From a cyanobacterium endosymbiont of Epithemia turgida isolate EtSB Lake Yunoko (lineage in GTDB: Bacteria > Cyanobacteriota > Cyanobacteriia > Cyanobacteriales > Microcystaceae), in NCBI RefSeq assembly GCF_000829235.1, contig NZ_AP012549.1, forward strand, positions 960,001 to 992,000: DNA of 32,000 nucleotides, given 5' to 3'. Under the pieces are notes generated by a model, which worked only from the letters and a program-made list of their open reading frames with translations, ran no database searches and was not told where the DNA came from. Made by a program: the position numbers and the translations under genes. Shown here piece after piece: positions 20,199-28,176 of the stretch; position 1 is the first letter of the stretch; each line of letters begins with the position of its first letter.

Positions 20199-20395
20199 AA
20201 TGAAGTTAAAAAGTGTAGAGGTCCCGCCTACCCGTATTTGAGAGAACAGCCTAAGCTGCTTTTCTTTTTATAATGTTTGAGGAATGAGAAAATCGTTTCG
20301 GGTTCGATGTCTAATTAATGCCTGTAATAGGGGAAAGTTCCGCAATTATCTAAAGCTTGAACTTATCCAACAATCGAGTCAATAGCCTCTACTAA

Positions 20396-21562
20396 CTATT
20401 CTATTTCAGCCGAAAGGGTAAAATAATGAATGCAGACTCGAATGCAATCGGGATAATAGAGGTTTTTCAATAAAAACCCTTTATTATCCAATGCCTGAAA
20501 TAATTTTTTATGAGCAAAGTTTCGGGTAACCTGAAAGGAAACTAAACCAGCTTCAGTATCAGAGTTATTCAAGCATTTTATACCCTTAATTTTAGATAAT
20601 ACCTGCCATAAATAGGCACTCAATTGACAAATTTGTTTATAGCGGGTTTCGACTTCTCCCCAATTTTTATGAACCACCAGGGCTGCCCGTAATCCTTTAT
20701 ATTGGGGATAGGCTGAGGAGGCTACTTCAAATTCCCTTCCATTATTTTTCCAAGCTATAGGTTGTCCATTCCCGTTAACATCAATCCTTCACCAACCAAT
20801 AAAAGTTGGATTTAAGTAATCGAAACTTTTAGGTTTAAGATAGAGTACCCCAACACCTACTGGACCGCAAAACTATTTATGGGCAGTAAAAGCAAGCATA
20901 ACAATCTCCCCCCGAGGTAGCTAAATATAGGAGTGAAGAGCCAGCTGACTGGGCTGCATTGACTAAAACCCTGATAAAGCGATCACTGTGAGAAAAATGA
21001 TAACAAACACTGACAATCTCATCCAAGAGTAACATATGTCCGGTATTCTAGAGTAAATGGCTGAGGATCACTAATCGGGTTGTGGGGGTTAAATAGTCCT
21101 GAATTAAGGTGGTGGGGTTTCCTTTATTTAGGGTTTTTAAGATGGAACAGATTGTAATTTCTCCCCCAAAACGCCGAGCAATTTCTTGAACAATAGCAAT
21201 GATACCAGGATGCTCACAATTGGTTATTAAAATGCGACATATTTTTGTCAATCAATGCCCCAGAGAACAATATTACATCCAAAGGTCACGTTTTCAGTCA
21301 AAGAAATTGTTTAAGTAAATATACTTAATTTTCAAGCTAATTCTTGTCTGAGTAAAACTTCCTTTTGTTGTCAGCAACTATTAACTCGTAGGGAAAACGG
21401 TCCTTTCTGCTGCAAAAATTCGTGAGGATCAATAATGGCTTCTAAAGCTGAACGGGGTAGGGTTCCTTGTCCTCGAAAATTTAAATCAACCTTGTTGCTT
21501 AGGCTAGGAAATTCTTGTCGTTACTGTTTTAAGAGGAAGGTAATCCCTTGGATGTCTATCAT
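20396..21562 (-). pseudogene. Class V (PLP-dependent) aminotransferase / cysteine desulfurase-lyase family pseudogene
   Basis: About 389 codons run from the ATG at 21560-21562 to the stop at 20396. Family-typical segments occur across three frame pieces: QEFPSLSNKVDLNFRGQGTLPRSALEAI; LTENVTFGCNIVLWGID; ILITNCEHPGIIAIVQEIARRFG...TRLVILSHLL*NTG; VNAAQSAG; AFTAHK*FCGPVGVGVLYLKP; GLVSFQV...IRVCIHYFT. There are at least eight in-frame stops (for example 21521-21523, 21048-21050, 20873-20875, 20789-20791) and two frame changes (near 21250 and near 20895). Track ORFs 21048-21251 and 20396-20677 are fragments of it. Confidence 0.85.
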
Positions 21563-21809
21563 GGGCTACCCAACATTCACAGTGAGGAAAAATCTATAAG
21601 GCAAATATGACATAGATAGTTGGCGTTAAAATGTCTTCATTGCTCTTAGTTTATATTTTTAGGATAGTAGAAATATTTTTAGTGATATTCCACTTTAGTA
21701 GCTTTTTCTAAAAGCAGAAATACTACGCTAAAGCAAAGATAGTTACTTTTTCTCTGTTTTGATATCTATATCCTTTTTCTAGCTTTATGTTTTATCCTCA
21801 AACTCAAGA

Positions 21810-23297
21810 ATGCTGCTAACTGATATCCTCTTACTCGATTATAAACGCTGTCAACGGCGTGCCTTTCTTAATGTTTATGGTGATTCCCTCAAAAAAGGTG
21901 TTGAACGGGACTTTTTGCTAAAGTTACGTCAGGAAAATCAACTTCATATTACTTCAACCCTGGAAACATTTTATTCCCATTATCAAAAGCCTCAATATGA
22001 CTTAAAAAATTCGAAAGATCAGGCAAGAGCCACGGAAGCTTTGATGAGACAAGGGATTAGCTGTATTTATAACGGAACATTGTTTGAATCTCACGAATTT
22101 AGGGAGCAGTATCACCCTCACTCGACTCTAACACTGTTCCCGGATCATCATGAGTTTAATTGTCTGGGAAAACCCACATTATTAATTAGACACCCTGGAC
22201 AGTCAAAATTTGGGGATTGGTTCTATTCTCCTGTAAGTATTTATTTAGGTCGTCGTCCCAAAACTGAATATAAAATCGTTGCAACGTTTTATGCTTATCT
22301 TTTAGGCAATCTTCAAGAAACCCTTCCTCCAGCACCGACGTTAATTTTACGCCAACATAACCATTATGAAGTAGATTTGAGCCAATGGTTACCAAGACTT
22401 AAGATACTGGCTACAGACTGTTTGGAAATGCTCACCCAATCTCAAGAGCCAGAAGTGTTTATTTCTCGTCAACGGTGTAATTTGTGCCATTGGTATAAAC
22501 ATTGTTATGCAATTGCCCAATCTCAAAAACATTTATCGTTAGTTCCAGGGGTAACACAGAGTCGTTATCAGTCTTTGTTGGACATAGGGGTAGGGACAGT
22601 AGAATCTTTGGCCGATATTTGTCCTGTGAATATGAAAGAAGTCATGGATTCTGATTTGGCTAACCAACTCCAACAACAAGCCCAAGCGATAGTAGACAAT
22701 CGGGCGATCCGAAAATCCAAGTTTCAAAGCGATATTCATGGATTAATTCCTACTCGAGAATTTGAGTTATATTTCGATATTGAAGCTGAACCAGAACGGA
22801 ACTTAAATTATTTATTAGGGGTACTATTGGTAGAACACTCAACCCAAACAGAGACATTTTATCCTTTGTTGGCAGAAAATCCTGAAGACGAGCAGCAAAT
22901 TTGGCAACAGTTCCTTGACTTAGTTGACCAATATCAAAATGCTCCTATTTTTCACTTTTCTGAGTATGAAGTAGAAACAATGAAACGGTTAGCTAAATTG
23001 TACCAAACTCCTCAATGGCAACTAGAACATTTATTATCTCGTTTTGTTGATCTTCATCACCGTGTTATTACCTCTGTAATTTTACCTGTGGAAAGTTATT
23101 CCCTAAAATCATTAGCAAACTGGATTGGATTTCATTGGCGTGACCCTGGTATTAGTGGAGATCAATGCGTTTGTTGGTATGATCAATGGTTAAAGACAGA
23201 AGATCGTACTTTATTATCCTCTATTTTGCGTTATAACGAGGATGACTGTCGTGCAACTCTTTGTCTCAAAAATTGGTTATTAGAATTTCTAGGTTAA
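21810..23297 (+). CDS. TM0106-type RecB-like nuclease: N-terminal Cas4/AddB-like PD-(D/E)xK Fe-S nuclease plus C-terminal RNase H-fold exonuclease-like domain
   Basis: The 495-aa protein is intact. One N-terminal Cys (YKRCQRRAFL) plus C-x2-C-x5-C (RCNLCHWYKHC) gives the four-Cys pattern of Cas4/AddB-type nucleases. A PD-ExK-like stretch is DWFYSPVSIYLG...TEYKIV. The C-terminal half has the YFDIEAEPE...LLGVL...FHFSEYEV...NEDDC pattern of YprB/RNase H-like exonuclease domains. Confidence 0.8.
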   Translation: MLLTDILLLDYKRCQRRAFLNVYGDSLKKGVERDFLLKLRQENQLHITSTLETFYSHYQKPQYDLKNSKDQARATEALMRQGISCIYNGTLFESHEFREQYHPHSTLTLFPDHHEFNCLGKPTLLIRHPGQSKFGDWFYSPVSIYLGRRPKTEYKIVATFYAYLLGNLQETLPPAPTLILRQHNHYEVDLSQWLPRLKILATDCLEMLTQSQEPEVFISRQRCNLCHWYKHCYAIAQSQKHLSLVPGVTQSRYQSLLDIGVGTVESLADICPVNMKEVMDSDLANQLQQQAQAIVDNRAIRKSKFQSDIHGLIPTREFELYFDIEAEPERNLNYLLGVLLVEHSTQTETFYPLLAENPEDEQQIWQQFLDLVDQYQNAPIFHFSEYEVETMKRLAKLYQTPQWQLEHLLSRFVDLHHRVITSVILPVESYSLKSLANWIGFHWRDPGISGDQCVCWYDQWLKTEDRTLLSSILRYNEDDCRATLCLKNWLLEFLG

Positions 23298-23574
23298 AGA
23301 TTTCGAAGAACTGATATGAAAAGACTCTAAACTTTTTTAATCTAGTTCAACAATTATTTATGAACAAGACTAATTTCTGATGAGCAATGTCTTTGTTTTT
23401 AAAGTTATGTAAATATTTTTTACAATTTCTCAGTTTGGTTATCTAGATTACCAGTTTTTTGAGAACGTCAATGTTATCCTCAAATTAAGGACAGGCGTTC
23501 AGAAGATGATGAGGACCGTAGGATTTTCCCTCTAACGTTTTTGTTAACCTACAGTGATCAGAAGGTGATTTGTT

Positions 23575-23811
23575 ATGATGCTCCCAGTTTTTCCTCTCTT
23601 ATTCTTCATAATCTCCATCGGGAGTACTTTGTGGTACCAACGGACAGACAATGATATTTTCGGGGTTTTAGCCGCTGCGAGTGCCCTGACTTGTCTAATT
23701 TGGGGATTAATCATTGCCCATTGGTCAATTCATTTGGTGAGTTTAATTATGTTGCTAAGATTTGGATCGCCTGTTTTCAATGCTATTCAAGTTAACGTGA
23801 GCGATAAATAA
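23575..23811 (+). CDS. Small hypothetical membrane protein (78 aa, 2-3 TM segments)
   Basis: The ORF has normal composition, a GGTGA Shine-Dalgarno-like element about 7 nt upstream, and clearly hydrophobic segments (LPVFPLLFFIISIGSTLW, FGVLAAASALTCLIWGLIIAHWSIHLVSLIML). I recognise no family. Confidence 0.55.
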   Translation: MMLPVFPLLFFIISIGSTLWYQRTDNDIFGVLAAASALTCLIWGLIIAHWSIHLVSLIMLLRFGSPVFNAIQVNVSDK

Positions 23812-23838
23812 GTTTAAGATCACTAGGAAACAACAAAA

Positions 23839-23883
23839 AGCTGTTGGAATTTAGACTTTTCATATTTCATCAATCCAACAGCT
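23839..23883 (-). terminator. Hairpin, probable intrinsic terminator of the minus-strand lipoprotein gene
   Basis: A 10-bp perfect stem agctgttgga / tccaacagct has a 25-nt loop. On the minus strand it starts 19 nt after the stop codon at 23902-23904 and is followed by UUUUGUUGUUU. It also sits 28 nt after the stop of the plus-strand gene 23575-23811. The loop is larger than typical. Confidence 0.5.
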
Positions 23884-23901
23884 TCGGTCTAAAAAAATGA
23901 A

Positions 23902-24066
23902 TTAGTCTTCGCCACTTTCGGCGTCTTCAGCACCAGGAGTAATTTCTTCGGTAGTAGGTTGAATGCTATCTTCAAGCGTTCCATCTTCTTCAGAAGGACT
24001 AGAACAAGCTCCGATGATAGTGGCTAGACTAAGAGCGAAAAATAATTGCATTGTTTTCGAAGGCAT
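23902..24066 (-). CDS. Small acidic lipoprotein (54 aa)
   Basis: It is not in the track because it is too short. The translation is MPSKTMQLFFALSLATIIGAC|SSPSEEDGTLEDSIQPTTEEITPGAEDAESGED. It has a signal peptide ending in lipobox I-G-A-C. The mature part has 12 Asp/Glu and no basic residue. A strong AGGAGA element lies 6 nt upstream of the ATG, and a terminator-like hairpin lies downstream. Confidence 0.6.
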   Translation of the reverse strand: MPSKTMQLFFALSLATIIGACSSPSEEDGTLEDSIQPTTEEITPGAEDAESGED

Positions 24067-24979
24067 AGCTATTCTCCTAAAAGAATCTTCTAAAGCTTCT
24101 ATTGTAGATATAAATACTTATTTTTTTCAATAACAGAGATTGACAGAGTATAATGTTTAGTTCCAATGACCACTATTAACAGATGATGGTTTTGACTATT
24201 TACTCAGGTTTTGATGTCCGAAAAATTAAAGGCTCTAAATTAAGAAGGTATCTCAAGTGAATCTCGTTGGTGAGATAAACACTGTAGTTCAGCAAGCAAA
24301 ACCAGCCAAGAATACTACTTAGGCTTATCAAACCAGTTCTCAAAGTTGAAAAGTATAAAATATTCTAAAAACTTTTCTAGAACGTAACTTTTTTTAGAAA
24401 ATGGCGGTTTATCCTAAGTGTATTTATTTTTCTTTAGTTGCTACGAGAAAAAAATGTCCTACGGAAGTCATACAAATAATGTTTTTATGGAGAGTCAGTG
24501 ATTTTTACCTTCTAATGTTTTGTTTATCTTATTTATCAATACTTTTAAGACTCATTAAGGGAGTAAATTGGTATATTGAAAAGACTAAAAGGAAAATCGC
24601 TTATAGATTTATAACAGATTTAATGCTAGTATTTATGTTTTCTTTTTTACATGATGTTAACCTTATGACCTAAACAGTTTGATTAGTTGTGATAGGATGG
24701 ATTGAAGGTTTAGTCATCAAGTCAGCATTAAATTTTATTTAATCTAGATTAAGATTTGTCGTTTAGTTTTTGCTAAAGACAGTAAAATCTTATAATTTAA
24801 TTTTTTGTCTAAAACTTGTACAAATTTGTTACGTAAATAAGTAAGTTTATAATTAGAGAGGTGTTAATCGTAAAGATAATTAACAATTAAAGCTATTATA
24901 AACTATTTATGACAAAAACACAGTAAATAAAGTATTACTTTGTAAGCTTTACTACAATTCCCTACAATTTGTTTTCTAG

Positions 24980-25648
24980 TTAAAGAACAACTTGGCTTAG
25001 AATATATTGCAAACGATCATAATCGTCTTTTAGTAAAATACTTAAATTTCGTCCGACTTTAACTAGCCAATCCCGCTCAGTTTTTCGTAATAAATAAATC
25101 TCTCGTATTGTAGCAGCAATTAAGGCTTCAAGTGGGGCATCCTTAACTTGTAGAAGAATGCGCAAAAAATCTGTTTTGTCACTAAAGTGAATAATTTCCT
25201 CAGGTTGACATAGATAGACTCCCTGATGAATTTGGGGCGGACGAGGGGGTAAATATTGATAAACTCTGTCATGAGTTTTTCCATTATTATTGACCCCATG
25301 ATAAGGAGTTTCAAAACCGACAATGCTGGTGCGAAACTCGGTTCTTAGCATAGCAAAAATTTGGGGTTGCTGCTCGCGTAAATCTGTCAAAGATAATCCT
25401 AACGCTCGTGCTCGATGTACTGAGTCAATGGGTGAAGTAGTAGCGTAAGTGACAATCCCCAAAATTTTATTCCCTGATTCTTCATCTAAGGATTTAACCC
25501 AACTGCCAAAAGCAGGCATCACCGGAAAGTTGAGTTCTTCAGGTTCGAGACATTGAGCTAAAAATTGAGTGGTTGATGTTTCAATGACCTCAGCAATATG
25601 ACTCGGTTGACGGTTATCTGTTACAAATCGGAGTAGGGGAAAACGCAT
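24980..25648 (-). CDS. Conserved-looking hypothetical protein (222 aa)
   Basis: The intact ORF has normal composition and lies 89 nt downstream of ndhS on the same strand. I cannot assign a family with confidence. Confidence 0.7.
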   Translation of the reverse strand: MRFPLLRFVTDNRQPSHIAEVIETSTTQFLAQCLEPEELNFPVMPAFGSWVKSLDEESGNKILGIVTYATTSPIDSVHRARALGLSLTDLREQQPQIFAMLRTEFRTSIVGFETPYHGVNNNGKTHDRVYQYLPPRPPQIHQGVYLCQPEEIIHFSDKTDFLRILLQVKDAPLEALIAATIREIYLLRKTERDWLVKVGRNLSILLKDDYDRLQYILSQVVL

Positions 25649-25737
25649 ACGCTATTCATTATCTAAATTATTAGAATAAGGGACTGAGCCCCATTTAATC
25701 AATCTTAAAGGAGCCCACTACAAACGTACAATTAATG

Positions 25738-25932
25738 CTATTTCTTATTTTTAACAGCTATGGGATCAAATGCTTCTAATTCGGATAGTTGGAAGGTGAC
25801 GAGTTTATCCCAGTTACCTCCTTCAAATAAAATAGCAGCTTTTCCATCGCTCACCCGCTGTACAAGTCCTTCAAAAGAGTAGTAAGTATCATCAGGATTA
25901 GTAACTCGCACGGTTGTACCAGGTAAAATCAT
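25738..25932 (-). CDS. ndhS: NAD(P)H-quinone oxidoreductase (NDH-1) subunit S
   Basis: The 64-aa protein from the second Met reads [53 protein letters not shown]. This matches my recollection of the cyanobacterial NdhS (CRR31-like, SH3-fold) consensus. Confidence 0.8.
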   Translation of the reverse strand: MILPGTTVRVTNPDDTYYSFEGLVQRVSDGKAAILFEGGNWDKLVTFQLSELEAFDPIAVKNKK

Positions 25933-27036
25933 CATAGTTTTTGTCTCATTAGTAACGTTTCTCTGTATTAGCTTAACACCAAAGATATTTAGTTCATAGG
26001 ATAAACAACAGTTGATCGTAAGGAATAGTTCCCTATTATTTATTTTGTTTGATTATCGTTTAAGATCTATATATTACAGTCACAAAAAATTATTATTTAA
26101 CTTAATAATATTTATTGTAGTTTCAACAGAACTATTAAATCTTTGACTGAACTGATTAGTAAAATTAATTTTTCCATGAATCTCAATTATCGAGATATTA
26201 TCTTTAGAATTTTTTTTAGTTATGTTAAATTTTGATTATAAAATTTATGTTAATAAGTAAATACTTGTTTAAGTAATAGACTGTATTTTAGTTTTTTAGA
26301 CGATAAATAGCTTGTCAGGGTAAGTAATCTTTGGAAGAAAGACAAATTATTTCTATTGATCGATTGACTACCCTGAATTTTTAAAATTTTATGATTTAAT
26401 GCAGACAATTATTTATTAGACAATGTTATCTTTGTATTTTTTCAAACTAACTTTGGTGAATAATATTATGATTTGACAAAGTCAACTATACGGTATAACT
26501 TATAATATAGTTATTATCTTCTATTGTAAGAATAATATATTTACTTTTAAAATAGAAGATAGGTTTAAAGTGATTAACAATTATTTTATCGAGACTGTGA
26601 GCAGTTATTATATTAATTTTATAGACCTAAAATTGTATATTTTTATATTGATAATCATATTTTATTAAGTTGATTAACTTTCGTATATTTTAGGCAAAAA
26701 ATAGCAGAATAAATCCAGTTAATTTGATAACCGTCTATAGTAATATCCATTTTATAAAAAAATAGCAAATAAAATTTGATACAATAATCTTATTATAAGT
26801 TGCATCTTTTTATAATTATTTAGTAATAAATATGCTAAATTTAGTTAGATAGCAAAAAGTTATATTATTTTCTTCAAGAGATTTAATTATATAAAAACTT
26901 ACTTAGTTTTTAACTTTAATATTTTTTTAGATAGATAAATATAAATATTTATTATTTTTTTAAAAAAATAAATAAGTAGAGGTAAGATATTAAGTATTTA
27001 TAATATTGTTGGTTATTTAACTTATAATTAAGTCAC

Positions 27037-27079
27037 AAAAACTTAGATTATAAATTAAGATTTTATAATCTAAGTTTTT
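27037..27079. repeat. Perfect 18-bp inverted repeat with 7-nt spacer
   Basis: I verified by hand that aaaaacttagattataaa (27037-27054) and tttataatctaagttttt (27062-27079) are exact reverse complements. The spacer is ttaagat. Confidence 0.9.
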
Positions 27080-27135
27080 TAAAAATTATTTTTGTTGTAA
27101 TTTTTCTAATTAATAAAGAATAAATTATGAGGAGA

Positions 27136-27183
27136 TCAATAATTATACTTTGATTGATACATAATCCAAAGTGTAATTATTGA
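27136..27183. repeat. 17-bp inverted repeat (one G-T position) with 13-nt spacer
   Basis: tcaataattatactttg (27136-27152) pairs with caaagtgtaattattga (27167-27183). All positions are complementary except t27146/g27173, which would be a G-U pair in RNA. Confidence 0.85.
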
Positions 27184-28176
27184 TTAATTTAAAATATTTT
27201 TTATAAAACAATTTTAGGTTAATTAATATAGCTTAATTAATTTAAGTGTAAAAGCTAAAATAATTAGATTTTTAAGGATTAAAATTATCATATATTTATG
27301 ACTATTATTTCTCAGTACAAAGTATATATATACTAGTTTGTATCAAAATACTTAGTACTTGTTTTTTGTATTTACTAAATGAATGCTTATGGTCAAGATG
27401 AATAATATTACTAGATTTAAGTTATTCTATAGTTTATTGTCTTTGTTTAAATAAAAAAATCTTTATTTTAAAAAATTAAAAAGTAATAATCATCTACTAT
27501 CTGTTTAGTGATCTTTTGGTTTTAGATTGAGTTTGAAAACATTGCTAATCATTAATGAATATATATAATTTAATTTTTAAAAATCATTAAAAAATATCAA
27601 CCAAGAAAGCTAAAATACAATAAATACAACCGACGAATAAAATAAATATGAGTTTAATATCTGTAATATTTATTACAATATTTTTTCAATGAATTAAAAA
27701 TATATTTAAGTATATTTTTAATGAATTAAAAAATAATAAAAATAATGAATTTAAGTTGATTATTTGATTAAAAAATATTTGCTCATGGTATATTATATAC
27801 TGAAACCTAATATAAAGAAATTACAATTAAGATAAGTAATTAATCAATAAAATTTTTATTTTATTGACGACTTCTCAAGTAGATAGTTACCGTGATACTT
27901 TATTTATATTTTATTTTTTGAATTATTTTTTAAAATTATTTAAGTAATAACTTGGTTAATTTTTCTCACTTTTAGGTTGATATCTTTAACCTAAAACTCT
28001 ACAATATCCTTTTTAAACTAACGTACGCTTCATCATTATTTATATGAATAACCAAGATTATATCAAAATTATTTTATTCATATGATAAGGTGACATGATA
28101 GGTAAATCATGCTACATTCCTCACAATGCCACAATAATGAAAATATGATCACGACAGACTCCTATTGGTAACTTTT

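Larger units (their letters stand above)
25936..28164. other. A+T-rich ORF-free block (about 2.2 kb) between divergent ndhS and alaS
   Basis: The track shows no ORF in six frames. A sampled line has 6/60 G+C (line starting 26941). The block contains several long hairpin-capable inverted repeats. Confidence 0.9.

Noticed and set aside
20301-20307. GGTTCGA, a T-loop-like motif suggesting a tRNA
   Set aside because: The flanking sequence cannot form a T-stem, acceptor stem or anticodon arm. I found no tRNA anywhere in the window.
24140-24154. TTGACA and TATAAT hexamers on the plus strand
   Set aside because: They are only 3 nt apart, so they cannot form a sigma-70-type promoter. No downstream plus-strand gene exists either.
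24401-24673. 90-aa ORF in the A+T-rich block after the lipoprotein gene
   Set aside because: Its composition is typical of translated A+T-rich DNA (rich in F, L, I, Y, K). It has no SD or domain and is probably spurious.
27688-27732. Short direct repeats (aatgaattaaaaa twice, 32 nt apart), checked as a possible CRISPR or tandem array
   Set aside because: There are only two copies, the sequence is low complexity, there is no regular repeat-spacer periodicity, and there are no cas genes.
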